A stretch of 64,000 bases of DNA, taken from positions 4,000,001-4,064,000 of the forward strand of contig OY759599.1 in NCBI GenBank assembly GCA_963662465.1. Direction: 5' to 3'. Every line of letters begins with the position of its first letter. Position 1 is the first letter of the stretch. This DNA is from Desulfatiglandales bacterium (lineage in GTDB: Bacteria > Desulfobacterota > DSM-4660 > Desulfatiglandales > Desulfatiglandaceae). The notes below the pieces were generated by a model that saw nothing but the letters and a program-made list of their open reading frames with translations, was not told the DNA's origin and searched no databases. Below, piece by piece: positions 1-10,002 of this stretch. The position numbers and the translations under genes are program-made.

Positions 1-809
1 AACCCGAAGGCCAGGCCATCCATGACGTGCAGATAGCCAAGGTTCAGTTTGTTAAGGGCTTCGGCCACATAAAGATAGGTCTCCCTGAAGTCCTCACTGC
101 CCATATCATTGAAAACACCGTTTGGCGAAATACGGGTGCCGACACGACCCGGTTCCCAGACCTCAAGAACGGCTTCAATCACTTCTTTGAAAAAACGGAA
201 TCTATTTTCAATACTCCCGCCGTATTGATCCTGACGGCGGTTGGTTTTTGAATCGAGGAATTGATTGATCAAGTACCCATTGGCCCCATGCACCTCAACC
301 CCGTCAAAGCCGGCCGCTTTGGCATTCATGGCGGCTTTTCGGTAGTCCTTCACGGTCGCTTCAATTTCATCCACGGATAGAGGGCGTGGCGTTTCATATG
401 ATTTTTTACCGAGGGGCGTGTGAATGGCATCGCCATTGAGCTTGACCGCGGAAGCCGACACAGGCAGTTCACCCCCGTGAAAATCACTATGGGATGCTCT
501 GCCGCAGTGCCAGAGCTGAAGAAAAATGGGCGTTTCGGTCGGCTTGATTCGATCTGTGACCTTACGCCATCCTTCGACCATCTCTTCAGTAAATATTCCC
601 GGTGAATCAATCCAGCCGATTCCCTGTCTCGAAATGACGGTCGCCTCGGTGATTAAAAGTCCGGCGCCGGATCTTTGATGGTAATATTCGGCCATCAATT
701 CATTGGGAATACGGTCTTTGCCGGCACGCGCCCGCGTCATGGGCGCCAGAGCGATTCTGTTTTTTAAAAGAAGGCCTCCGATGGAAAATGTTTCAAATAA
801 TCGGCTCAT
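1..809 (-). CDS. Alkene reductase / N-ethylmaleimide reductase (Old Yellow Enzyme family), runs off the left edge of the window
   Basis: Not in the ORF track because there is no stop in the window. Manual translation from ATG 809 (AAGGAG RBS): MSRLFETFSIGGLLLKNRIALAPMTRARA...LLITEAT...GFDGVEVHGANGYLINQFLDSKTNRRQDQYGGSIENR, which are classic OYE motifs. Confidence 0.9.
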   Translation of the reverse strand, partial: MSRLFETFSIGGLLLKNRIALAPMTRARAGKDRIPNELMAEYYHQRSGAGLLITEATVISRQGIGWIDSPGIFTEEMVEGWRKVTDRIKPTETPIFLQLWHCGRASHSDFHGGELPVSASAVKLNGDAIHTPLGKKSYETPRPLSVDEIEATVKDYRKAAMNAKAAGFDGVEVHGANGYLINQFLDSKTNRRQDQYGGSIENRFRFFKEVIEAVLEVWEPGRVGTRISPNGVFNDMGSEDFRETYLYVAEALNKLNLGYLHVMDGLAFG

Positions 810-835
810 TTTTTCATCTCCTTTAAAATTAGGGG

Positions 836-3800
836 TTACAAATCAACCTCAACTTTCCGTTTTGCACCCATCAGGTTATGAAAATCGTCCAGAATGGCAT
901 AACCGCAGGGCACAAGAAGGAGGGTGATGCCGGTGGCGAACATGACGCCGAAACCGAGGCTCACCGCCATGGGGATCAGGAACTGGGCCTGAACACTCTT
1001 TTCCAGGAGCATGGGGGTCAGGCCCGCAAAAGTGGTCAAAGACGTGAGAATAATGGCCCGGAACCGAAGCCCCCCCGCACGAATCACCGATTCCCTGGCA
1101 TTTACGCCCTGTTCCCGGAACCTGTTGGCGGCATCGATCAGCACCAGGGAATCATTGACCACCACACCTGAAAGGCCCACCATGCCCATAAGACTCAGCA
1201 GGCTCAAATTATATCCCATGATGAGATGCCCCGCAATGGCCCCCACAACGCCGAAGGGGATGGCGGCCATGACCACAAGGGGTTGGCTGAAGGATTTAAA
1301 AGGGATGGCCAACAGTGCGTAGATGCAGAAAAGGGCCACTGAAAATCCGCTTACCACATCGGCCAGGGATTCCTTCTGCTCTTTGCCTTCACCCTCCATG
1401 GCATATCTTAAACCGGCATACTTGAATTTCATTTCTGGCAAAATACGGCTTTCCAGGTCCAGGCGCACCTCGTTGGCGTTGGCCACGGATTCATCCACAT
1501 CCGCAATCACCTTAATGACGCGAAGCCGCTGAGCACGCTCGATGGAGGCATATCCCTGCTCCATTTTCACTTCCGCCACCTGACGGAAGGGCACCTCCAA
1601 ACCCTCGGGGGTGCGGATTCGCATCTCCTCCACATGGCCCAGGGAACGCCGTTCCTCCTCCGGATAGCGCACCAGCACTTTAACCTCGTCCTGGTCTCGC
1701 TGAAGCCTGAGGGCCTCCGCCCCGTAAAAGGCATGGCGCACCTGCTGGGCCAGATCGTTCAAGGTCAGTCCCAGACTTCGGGCGGCGGGCTTTAGTTTGA
1801 GCTGCATCTCTTCCTTTCCGGGCAAAAAACTATCGCTCACATCAAATACCCCGGGGTATTTACCCAGCTCCCGCTTCAGATCATCAGCCGCGGCCAGAAG
1901 CTGCTCATGATCATCCAGTGACAGGTGGACCTCCACCGGGTTTCCGGCGCTGAAAAGATCGCTCTGAAAGGTTATGGACTCGACATCGGGAATAACACCG
2001 ACCTTTTTCCGCCACAATTTGACCAGGTCCATGGCGCTCACATCCCGTTTTTCACCGTCCAGCAGTTGCACAAACACCTGGGCCAGGTGACTCCCGGATT
2101 GTCCGGCCCCTCCATGAGGTCCCCGTCCCCCCGTATGCATCCCCACCAGTGAAATCATGTATTCCAGAAGGGGTTCTCCGCCATCAGGTCTCTTCTTCTC
2201 CACTTCTTGAATGGTTTCCCTGGCCGATGCCTCCAGGCGTTTCACGATCCTTTCCGTTCGGGAAGCTGAGGTGCCTGCCGGCATGGTAACCGAACAGGTG
2301 AGGGTATCCCCTTCCACTTTTGGAAAGAAGGTAAAGCGGATCCACCCGCCTTTCCAGACCCCCACGGACAACAACAGAACGGCAATGCCCACGGCCACGG
2401 TGGCATACCGCCATCTCACGCAAAAGGTCGCCAGTTTCGTATAGGGTCCTCGAATAAACCACTTGAGGCCCCTTGAAATCAGCTTCTCTTTCCTGGGTTT
2501 AGATCCGCGCCTGGCCTTGCGTTCCCGGCTTCGATTGAGATGGGCCGGCAGAATCGCCAGGGATTCCACCAGGGACCCCAGCAGCACCAGGATGACCACA
2601 ATGGGAATGTTGCGCATGATCTTCCCCATGTTGCCCGTTCCCGACAAAAGGGGCCAGAATGCCGCCACGGTGGTCAGAACCGCAAAGATCACGGGCCTTC
2701 CCACCTCCACGGCGCCGTCGATGGCGCCCTGCCGGGGAGCCATGCCCTCTTCATATTTCCGAAAAACGTTTTCCCCGATAACAATGGCATCGTCCACCAC
2801 AATACCCAGGACCATGATAAAGCCGAACAGGCTGATCATGTTGATGGACACATCAAAATAGGGCAGCATCCAGAGTCCCGCCAGAAAGGAAATGGGAATG
2901 CCCAGGGTCACCCAGAAGGCCAGTTTCAGGTCCAGAAACAGGCTCAGCAAGATGCTCACCAGGATCAACCCCAGGGCCATGTTCCTCAAAAGCAGATCAA
3001 GACGGCTCTTAAGCATCACCGATCGATCATTGTAAATATCGATGCCGATGCCTTCGGGAAGCGTGGGTCTGATCTTTTCCGTAAATTTTTTGATGGTTTC
3101 CGCCACGGTCAATGCGTTCTGGTCCGCCACGCGAAACACTTCGATCAAGGCGGTAGGCTTTCCCTGGAACCGGGCCGCCAGATCCAGATCTTCAAATCCA
3201 TCACTTAATTCGGCGATGTGTCCCAGGGTCACATTGCCGCCGTCAGGGTTGGTGAGAATGGGAATGCCCCGGTATTCATCGGCATAATACCGCCGCCCCT
3301 TGGTGCGAATCAAAATTTCCCCACCGGCGGTTTTAACGCGACCCGCCGGCAGATCCAGACTCCCTTTCCGGACCGCCTCCGCCACCTTTCCAAGGGTTAA
3401 CCCGTACCGCCTAAGGGTCTCCTCGGGAATCTCCACATGGATTTCCCCGGTTTTAACGCCGGACAAATCCGCCTGGGTAATGCCCGGCAGGTTGATAATT
3501 TCGTTTTTGATGGTCTCCGCCAGGTTCTTGATGGTGGACTCGGAAGCATCCCCGTACACCGCCAGACTAATAACCCGATTGCGCCTAGTCACTTCCCGGA
3601 CAATGGGCCGTTCCGCCTCATTGGGAAAGGTGGTAATGCTGTCCACCTCGCTTTTAACCTCATCCAGCAGCTTCTTGAGGGGCCAGTCCTTCATGACTTC
3701 TATGGTAACGGTCCCCAGACCTTCCCGTGACGTGGAATCGATTCGTTTGATGCCGGAAAGACCCGCCACCCGTTCCTCGATACGCCGAACAATGGCTTCT

Positions 3801-3982
3801 TCCACCTCGGAGGGAGAAGCGCCGGAATACTGGGTGGTCACGGTGATCATATCCAGGGAAAATTCGGGGAAAACCTCTACCTTCATGGTCATCCCCGTCA
3901 CGGCGCCCGCCAGCACCAGAAACAGCATGAGCAGATTGGCGGCCACATGGTTTTCCGCAAACCAGGCGATCATCCCTTTCAT
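836..3982 (-). CDS. RND efflux transporter permease (AcrB/AcrD/AcrF family)
   Basis: 1048 aa; GIVVDDAIVIGEN and GVVVNDSLVLID...RFRAIILTSLTT motifs; two large periplasmic loops. Confidence 0.95.
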   Translation of the reverse strand: MKGMIAWFAENHVAANLLMLFLVLAGAVTGMTMKVEVFPEFSLDMITVTTQYSGASPSEVEEAIVRRIEERVAGLSGIKRIDSTSREGLGTVTIEVMKDWPLKKLLDEVKSEVDSITTFPNEAERPIVREVTRRNRVISLAVYGDASESTIKNLAETIKNEIINLPGITQADLSGVKTGEIHVEIPEETLRRYGLTLGKVAEAVRKGSLDLPAGRVKTAGGEILIRTKGRRYYADEYRGIPILTNPDGGNVTLGHIAELSDGFEDLDLAARFQGKPTALIEVFRVADQNALTVAETIKKFTEKIRPTLPEGIGIDIYNDRSVMLKSRLDLLLRNMALGLILVSILLSLFLDLKLAFWVTLGIPISFLAGLWMLPYFDVSINMISLFGFIMVLGIVVDDAIVIGENVFRKYEEGMAPRQGAIDGAVEVGRPVIFAVLTTVAAFWPLLSGTGNMGKIMRNIPIVVILVLLGSLVESLAILPAHLNRSRERKARRGSKPRKEKLISRGLKWFIRGPYTKLATFCVRWRYATVAVGIAVLLLSVGVWKGGWIRFTFFPKVEGDTLTCSVTMPAGTSASRTERIVKRLEASARETIQEVEKKRPDGGEPLLEYMISLVGMHTGGRGPHGGAGQSGSHLAQVFVQLLDGEKRDVSAMDLVKLWRKKVGVIPDVESITFQSDLFSAGNPVEVHLSLDDHEQLLAAADDLKRELGKYPGVFDVSDSFLPGKEEMQLKLKPAARSLGLTLNDLAQQVRHAFYGAEALRLQRDQDEVKVLVRYPEEERRSLGHVEEMRIRTPEGLEVPFRQVAEVKMEQGYASIERAQRLRVIKVIADVDESVANANEVRLDLESRILPEMKFKYAGLRYAMEGEGKEQKESLADVVSGFSVALFCIYALLAIPFKSFSQPLVVMAAIPFGVVGAIAGHLIMGYNLSLLSLMGMVGLSGVVVNDSLVLIDAANRFREQGVNARESVIRAGGLRFRAIILTSLTTFAGLTPMLLEKSVQAQFLIPMAVSLGFGVMFATGITLLLVPCGYAILDDFHNLMGAKRKVEVDL

Positions 3983-5166
3983 CCCTGTTTGTCCTCCATT
4001 TGAGGCACGGCCCGAACCGCCATGCCGTCGGTGACGGTTTTCAGTGGGGATATGACAACCTGATCCCCGTTCTTAAGCCCATTCTGAATCTGTACCTGTT
4101 CACCGTCGATTCTTGCCACCCGGACCTTTCGATAATGGAGCAAATCTTCCGGGTCCACCACCCACACCGTATCTCCCTGGTGCAGCGCGCTCCGAGGAAG
4201 AACAACCAGATCGGGCATTTCACGCCCCTTGATCTCCACTGTAACAAAAAGACCTACGGCCAGGGGGGGCCTTGCGACATAGGGGTTGCTTACGCGGACC
4301 ACCACCCGAACCATTCGGGTCCGCTCATCCATCTTACCCTCGGCCCGAACCACCTGACCTTCCCAGGTGCATGACCTTCCCGCAAGGCGCGCCCGAACCG
4401 TCGCCGGAGCGCCGGCCCCATCTCCCGGCGTAAAACCGGGCACGTGAAACCAGAAAAGGCTCTCGTCATCCAGGGGAACCACAATTTCCACCACCTCGGT
4501 GGAAAAAAGCGTGGCCAACTCTTCCCCGGCCCTCACATATTGACCCAACCCCACATCTTCAACTTCCACCCGGCCATTAAAAGGGGCTTTGATATCCGTC
4601 CGTTCAAGGGCCAGCAGGGCATTTCTTAAATCGGCTTGATCGGCCGACAGCTTGGCCCTGGCCGCCGCCAATTGGGGCTTTTTGAGTACGAGGGGGGACG
4701 GGTCCTTCCTCTCTCCGGCATCGTCCTGGTAAAGCTGACCCCATTCCTCCTTTGCCGCTTCGCTCTCCTCCTCCGCCAGGCGAAGTAAACTCTGTGCGTT
4801 TTTCACCTTGGCCTCCTGGAGGGTCGCAGCCAACCGATAATCCTCGGGCTCGACACACAACAGGGTCTCCCCTTTCTTGAAGGCGCCCCCATTAATCATG
4901 GACGGAGAAAGAAAAACGACCTTGCCGCTCACCTGGGGCGCCAGGTCAATCTCGTTAAGCGGCCTGACCGTGCCTTCCCCTCGAATGATCATGGCTTTTG
5001 AGGCGGTTTGAACCACCATGGTTCGGACCATGGGCAATGGCGTCGCTATTTTACGCTTTTTCATCTGTGGCTTGCTTTCAGTTAGCTTTATCATCCCAAA
5101 AGCGCCCAAAAGAATGAGGACAATGGTAAAGGATACCTGAATAATTCTTTTTTTTGTTTTTCTCAT
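3979..5166 (-). CDS. RND efflux membrane fusion protein (periplasmic adaptor)
   Basis: N-terminal TM, lipoyl-like halves (LAPQVSGKV; IKAPFNGRV) and coiled hairpin; overlaps the permease by 4 nt. Start placed at ATG 5166 (MRKTKK). Confidence 0.9.
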   Translation of the reverse strand: MRKTKKRIIQVSFTIVLILLGAFGMIKLTESKPQMKKRKIATPLPMVRTMVVQTASKAMIIRGEGTVRPLNEIDLAPQVSGKVVFLSPSMINGGAFKKGETLLCVEPEDYRLAATLQEAKVKNAQSLLRLAEEESEAAKEEWGQLYQDDAGERKDPSPLVLKKPQLAAARAKLSADQADLRNALLALERTDIKAPFNGRVEVEDVGLGQYVRAGEELATLFSTEVVEIVVPLDDESLFWFHVPGFTPGDGAGAPATVRARLAGRSCTWEGQVVRAEGKMDERTRMVRVVVRVSNPYVARPPLAVGLFVTVEIKGREMPDLVVLPRSALHQGDTVWVVDPEDLLHYRKVRVARIDGEQVQIQNGLKNGDQVVISPLKTVTDGMAVRAVPQMEDKQG

Positions 5167-5185
5167 AATAGGCCCGTCTCTTTCG

Positions 5186-5210
5186 GGCGGACACACAGAT
5201 CCGCCCCTAC
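5186..5210 (-). repeat. Single GTAG-type REP-like hairpin
   Basis: Minus strand reads GTAGGGGCGGATCTGTGTGTCCGCCC: GTAG tetranucleotide followed by a GGGCGGA/TCCGCCC stem, intergenic. Confidence 0.55.
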
Positions 5211-5223
5211 ATTATCTTTCTCT

Positions 5224-6687
5224 TCACCAGATCGTATAAGATGCCGCCCCTTCGGTCTCTTTTCCCGTGACCGGGGGGAGCATTGCCCAACCACCACCCA
5301 GGGCCCGATGCAGGGAAACGCGATTCGCCAGGATCGTCAACTCCACCAGCAGCAATTGATCCTCCGCCTGAAATCGCGTCTGCTGCGCATTCAACACGGT
5401 CAGGTAATCGGTCAGCCCGCGCATATACCGGGATTCCGCCACCCGTTGGGTGGCGCGGGCTTCCAGCACAAAACTCAGGACATCCTCGCGACGCTCAATC
5501 TGTTTTTTGCGGGTTAAAAGCGCATTTTCAACCTCTCTAAAGGCATTCAGCACCGCTTTAGCGTATGCGGCAACCCCTTGGGCATATCGTGCTTCGGCGG
5601 CCCGTTGATTGGCCTTTAACCGACCGGCATCGAAGAGCGGCTGCGCCAGAGCCGCGGCCAAACTCCAGGCAGCCCCGGGCTGAAAGAGGTTGAACAATTC
5701 TTCGCTGGCATAGCCGTAGGCCCCCGTCAAATTGATACTGGGAAAACGGCTGGCCTTGGCCACACCGATCTGCGCATTTAAGGCCTTCAGCTGCGCTTCG
5801 GCCGCCCGAATATCCGGTCTGCGCAGCAGCAGTTCACTGGGAAGACCAGGCGGTATGGCCCTGAGCTTCTTGTAATAGTCCTCGGGCTGAGAATAGGGTT
5901 TATGGGTTTTGGGATATTCCCCGGAAAGCACGGAAAGGGCCTGCTGTGCGGCGCCCAGTTCCTGCCTGAGCTGAGGGATATTTCCCCTTGCCTGGTTCAA
6001 GGTCCGCCGGGCCTGTCTGAGATCCAGAATGCTGGTCAGGCCCCGCTTATAACGCCGCTCCACGAATGTGACGCTTTCCTGGTAATTATTCAAGCTTTGA
6101 AGGGTGATCTGGATCCGTCTTTCAAGGGATTGAATTTGCAAATAAAGGCTGATGGCCTCGGACACCAGACTCTGGGACAGGGTCAGCCGATTTTCTTCCT
6201 CTTGCAACAATTGGGCGCGTGCGGCTTCTTCGGCCCGTGCATATTTCCCCCACAGGTCCACCTCATAAGAGGCCGGCAGGGAAGCGCTGTACTGGCTCAC
6301 GGTTCCACCCATGGGAATCCCCGCGAAAAACGATTCGGGCTCATGTTGCCGTTGCGCGCCGCCTTGAACTCCAAGCGTGGGAAAACGATCCGCCCGCGTC
6401 TGAATGACCTGGTATTGCAATTCCAAAATACGCGCGGCGGCCTGCTGAAGATCCGGATTGTTTTTCAGCACCCGGTTCACCAAACTGTTAATCTCAGCAT
6501 CTCCAAAAACCTCCCACCATCGATCCTCTGCTGTAACGGCAATCGCATTTTTGGGTGTATACTGAAACTTTTCCGGCGGGGACAGCTGAAGATCCGGTTT
6601 TTTAAAATCCGGCCCCATCTTCATGCACCCACCAACCATCAGACAGAGGACCAGCAACATCCAAAATAACACCCTCACCGGTCTCAT
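5224..6687 (-). CDS. RND efflux outer membrane lipoprotein (NodT/OprM family)
   Basis: Lipobox VGGC; WWEVFGDAEINSLV...NNPDL; YEVDLWG; LLLRRPDIRAAE; C-terminal ALGGGW. Confidence 0.95.
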   Translation of the reverse strand: MRPVRVLFWMLLVLCLMVGGCMKMGPDFKKPDLQLSPPEKFQYTPKNAIAVTAEDRWWEVFGDAEINSLVNRVLKNNPDLQQAAARILELQYQVIQTRADRFPTLGVQGGAQRQHEPESFFAGIPMGGTVSQYSASLPASYEVDLWGKYARAEEAARAQLLQEEENRLTLSQSLVSEAISLYLQIQSLERRIQITLQSLNNYQESVTFVERRYKRGLTSILDLRQARRTLNQARGNIPQLRQELGAAQQALSVLSGEYPKTHKPYSQPEDYYKKLRAIPPGLPSELLLRRPDIRAAEAQLKALNAQIGVAKASRFPSINLTGAYGYASEELFNLFQPGAAWSLAAALAQPLFDAGRLKANQRAAEARYAQGVAAYAKAVLNAFREVENALLTRKKQIERREDVLSFVLEARATQRVAESRYMRGLTDYLTVLNAQQTRFQAEDQLLLVELTILANRVSLHRALGGGWAMLPPVTGKETEGAASYTIW

Positions 6688-7337
6688 GGGTTGCCTCCCT
6701 TCCCAACGCCATTCAACCCACTGAGGCAGAATTGAACCACATGTTCCACCAGTTCATCCTTGAACCGGGCATCATATTCCCGGCCCGTAATGCGCATCAC
6801 CGGGTTTCTGGCAAAATTAAAATGGATCACCATACTGATAATGCTCTGAATCTGAAGCAGCAACGATACCTGCCCCATCTCCCGGTCCATGAAAGGACGA
6901 ATCAAGTCCGCCAGCTTTTGCTGAAAGGGCCCGATCACCTCTCCCACAACCATTTCAAAGGCCTCCGTGGGCTTGGCCATTTCCCGAACCATTAACTGGG
7001 AGTGACGTAACCGTTCATCGTCTGAAAGCGGTCCCTTGATAAACGCTTCCGCCACCGCACGGACAATGCCCGCCAGCGTCACCTCTCTTTTAGCCCCAAG
7101 AATACTCTCGAAGCGTGCCAGAACCCGTTTGGCCCTGGGTTTCCAGAGGCATCTGAACACCTCCATGTAAAGATTTTCCTTATTGCCGAAATGGTAATTC
7201 ACCGCGGCCAGATTGCAATGAGCCGCTTTTGTAATTTCACGAATGGTCACCGCATAATAGCCGCGCTCCGCAAACAGGGCTTCCGCTTCACACAGGATTC
7301 GTTCTCTTGGGATATCGACCTTTGGGGTCCCCGCCAT
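6684..7337 (-). CDS. TetR-family regulator (CecR/CerR-like C-terminal domain)
   Basis: N-terminal HTH (LFAERGYYAVTIREITKAAHCNLAAVNYHFGNKENLY); first gene of the efflux operon. Confidence 0.9.
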   Translation of the reverse strand: MAGTPKVDIPRERILCEAEALFAERGYYAVTIREITKAAHCNLAAVNYHFGNKENLYMEVFRCLWKPRAKRVLARFESILGAKREVTLAGIVRAVAEAFIKGPLSDDERLRHSQLMVREMAKPTEAFEMVVGEVIGPFQQKLADLIRPFMDREMGQVSLLLQIQSIISMVIHFNFARNPVMRITGREYDARFKDELVEHVVQFCLSGLNGVGKGGNP

Positions 7338-7344
7338 AATATTT

Positions 7345-7395
7345 AAACCTCCGTTTCATACAAACATATGTATTAAACAGATGTTTTAATGTCAA
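7345..7395 (-). promoter_or_regulatory. Promoter of the tetR-RND operon with three tandem AAAC-N4-GTTT-like operator palindromes
   Basis: aaacctccgttt 7345-7356, aaacatatgtat 7362-7373 and aaacagatgttt 7375-7386; minus-strand TTGACA at 7390-7395. Confidence 0.6.
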
Positions 7396-7495
7396 GGGTT
7401 TTTTACATTCTTAAAAAACGCAAAAAGCAGGCTAGAGTGTGAAAATAATTTGAAAACCGTAAACGTAAACCAAGAGGGAGGGGGTAAACAGGCCT

Positions 7496-7876
7496 TTAAT
7501 CACAATGTTCCGGTTCGATGTCAAAAATTAAAGCGATCGCCTTCTTTATGGCGTCAACTTCAGCGATTGTGACGTTCCCGATCCTGTTGACAAATCTCTT
7601 ATGGCTCAGGGCCCTGACCTGGAAACAGTCAACTGCCGATTTTTTTTGAAGGCCATTAACCGCATTTGGATTTAGGATCACAAAAAAGGGATTTTCCTCC
7701 CAATACGGACTCCACGAGGTGATAGGAACAACAATCGCCAGCCTGAGATGTTTCTCATGACCGCCATTCAAGACAATGACCGGACGCGTTTTTCTAATTT
7801 CATCACCCATTGTTGGCGCAAGATTGACCCAGTAGAGTTCACCTGTTTTCAAAATCTTCCCCTTCGATGTTTTCAA
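7496..7876 (-). CDS. Type II TA toxin, PemK/MazF family endoribonuclease
   Basis: GELYWVNLAPTMGDEIRKTRPVIVL...VVPITS...QVRALSHKRF, the MazF pattern. Confidence 0.9.
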   Translation of the reverse strand: MKTSKGKILKTGELYWVNLAPTMGDEIRKTRPVIVLNGGHEKHLRLAIVVPITSWSPYWEENPFFVILNPNAVNGLQKKSAVDCFQVRALSHKRFVNRIGNVTIAEVDAIKKAIALIFDIEPEHCD

Positions 7877-8081
7877 AAAGGTTATGATATTCCCCTTTTC
7901 CGATCATTTCCATGGCCTTTAGCCTCTTTAACACTCGAAGTCTTTTTCGATCTTCCCGCACTTTGGCATTGATCGCCTCGCGTATATACTCGCTCAAACT
8001 TCTGTACTCCAACTCTTTATATACTTTTTTGATGAAGCTGTAATTTTCGGGCTCGATTTGAATTTTGGTCTGGATCAGCAT
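7839..8081 (-). CDS. Putative antitoxin (ribbon-helix-helix-like) of the MazF toxin
   Basis: 80 aa immediately upstream of and overlapping the toxin; beta-strand followed by SLSEYIREAI helix pattern. Confidence 0.7.
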   Translation of the reverse strand: MLIQTKIQIEPENYSFIKKVYKELEYRSLSEYIREAINAKVREDRKRLRVLKRLKAMEMIGKGEYHNLFENIEGEDFENR

Positions 8082-8223
8082 GCGCTATCCCCCTGTTTTC
8101 CTGCTTTGAAACAACCATCAATAAAAAAAACGGTCTCTGCCGCAGACAGCCAAGGCATCCATTGTGAGCAAATATAGGCCTTATGTCAAGGGACATTAAA
8201 TAGGGGCACCTGTTCCTTTTTTA

Positions 8224-8248
8224 AGCTAACAGCTAACGGCTAACGGCT
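8224..8248 (+). repeat. Heptamer tandem micro-repeat (A/G)GCTAAC
   Basis: agctaac agctaac ggctaac ggct, read directly. Confidence 0.7.
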
Positions 8249-8254
8249 GTATTT

Positions 8255-9502
8255 TCATGGCAAAAGATCGGATACGACCCCAGCCGCCATGAGTTCTTTG
8301 ATTTCGGGGTCCGTATAACCATTTTCCCGAAGAACCATTACGGTATGTTCGCCCAGTTTCGGGGCCAGGGTGCGGGTTCCGGCGCTGCATGCACTGAAAT
8401 GAATGGGATATCCCGGAATCTGAATTTTTCCCAGGGTTGGGTCCTCAAAATCGACCACATAATCATTGGCCAGCGCCTGAGGATCATTTTTAACCTCGCT
8501 GATATGCTGAATTGAGCAGAACATGAGACCGCGGGCCAGAAATATGGCCATCCACTCATCCCGTGTTTTGGCGGCAAAGACCCCATCGAAGTAATCCATT
8601 AATGCCGAGCTGTTGGTCGCTCTGGCCCCACCGTCCGCATATCGGGGATCGGAAATCAGTTGGGGCTGCCCCGTGGCCTCACAGAAGCTTGACCAGTATT
8701 TCTCTTCCGGGTGATGTGCGCCGATAATCCATTCTCCGTCCCGGCATAGAAAAAAGTTTCGCAAGGGAGAGTGATTTTTTCGGTCATGATGCACAACGGG
8801 TTCAATGGAGAGGAGATTGCCGATCATCAAGGTCGGGTGCATCAACCATTGCGCCGTTCCGAATAGAGACACGTGAACTTCCTGCCCCATCCCACGTCGT
8901 TCGCGAACAAACAGGGCTGTGATAATGGCGTGGCTCAGCGTAATGGACGTGGCCTGATCCAAAATGCCGATATGCATCAGAAGCGGCTCATCGGTCCCCG
9001 AAACAAACATCATACCCGAACGGGCCAATCCCAGGGGATCAAAGGCCCCCAGATCGCTCATAGGTCCCTCGGGTCCGTATCCGGACACATTGGCATGGAT
9101 CAAGCGGGGATTTACCCGGGACAGGGTCGCATAATCGATCCCGATCTTTGCTTTGGTGCTTTTGCGAAGGTTGGTCAGAAAAACATCCGATGTTTTGATA
9201 AAATCATGGAAAACCGCTCTCCCCCTGGGATGATTAATATCCAGACAGATTCCTTTTTTACCGCGGTTAGAGGCTTGAAACATGACGCTTTCGCCTCCCG
9301 GCAGCGACAGGTCCAACTGACCCAATCGCGTCCAATAGCGCTCCGGATCTCCTTCCGTGGGCTCAATCTTGATCACTTCGGCGCCAAGATCTCCCAGAAT
9401 GCCGCCGGCGCCGGGTCCGGCGTGAAAGAGGCCATATTCCAAAACACGGATTCCCTCCAGGGGGCGCGGCAAGCTGTTTTCTTGTTTTTCACTTTCAATC
9501 AT
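8255..9502 (-). CDS. CoA-transferase family III (CaiB/BaiF)
   Basis: PLEGIRVLE...GDLGAEVIKIEP..GDP.R; NRGKKGICLD; SGYGPEGP; C-terminal APKLGEHT. Confidence 0.92.
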   Translation of the reverse strand: MIESEKQENSLPRPLEGIRVLEYGLFHAGPGAGGILGDLGAEVIKIEPTEGDPERYWTRLGQLDLSLPGGESVMFQASNRGKKGICLDINHPRGRAVFHDFIKTSDVFLTNLRKSTKAKIGIDYATLSRVNPRLIHANVSGYGPEGPMSDLGAFDPLGLARSGMMFVSGTDEPLLMHIGILDQATSITLSHAIITALFVRERRGMGQEVHVSLFGTAQWLMHPTLMIGNLLSIEPVVHHDRKNHSPLRNFFLCRDGEWIIGAHHPEEKYWSSFCEATGQPQLISDPRYADGGARATNSSALMDYFDGVFAAKTRDEWMAIFLARGLMFCSIQHISEVKNDPQALANDYVVDFEDPTLGKIQIPGYPIHFSACSAGTRTLAPKLGEHTVMVLRENGYTDPEIKELMAAGVVSDLLP

Positions 9503-9525
9503 ATGAGAAACATCTCCAATAGAAA

Positions 9526-9996
9526 TTAGCGGAATCCCAGGCTAAGCCGGTACATCCAATTCAGGAAAAAAACGGCGGCAATGATCCACCACGCATAAGG
9601 TGATTTAAGCATCCGGTAAACCCCGGACTCTATCCTCACCCCCAACAACAGTGCGGCTGAATGCCAGGCAAAAAAGGCGACCATCAAACCATAAACCCCC
9701 AGGGAAAGAGGGCAATTGCGCACCGCAAATTGCCAGTCACCCGCTGATATGGCCCAGAACGAACGGGTAAACCCGCAAAACGGGCACGGAAAACCGGTCA
9801 AATATAAAAATGTGCATTTTTTCAGGGGAAGGATATCACGGGAAACCCATTGGGGTAGAACCAATCCCAAGCCGGTTATCAAGGCCATGGGCAAATGCGC
9901 CACCACCACGTCCCAGTAAGAAGTGGGTTTCATCCATACCATGTTGCCGGTTACATGATGATGACGTTGTTCTTTGTAACGACGATCGTCCCGCAA
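9526..9996 (-). CDS. DUF2752-like membrane protein
   Basis: CTFLYLTGFPCPFCGFTRSF motif plus TM segments. Confidence 0.75.
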   Translation of the reverse strand: MRDDRRYKEQRHHHVTGNMVWMKPTSYWDVVVAHLPMALITGLGLVLPQWVSRDILPLKKCTFLYLTGFPCPFCGFTRSFWAISAGDWQFAVRNCPLSLGVYGLMVAFFAWHSAALLLGVRIESGVYRMLKSPYAWWIIAAVFFLNWMYRLSLGFR

Positions 9997-10002
9997 GACG
10001 TA

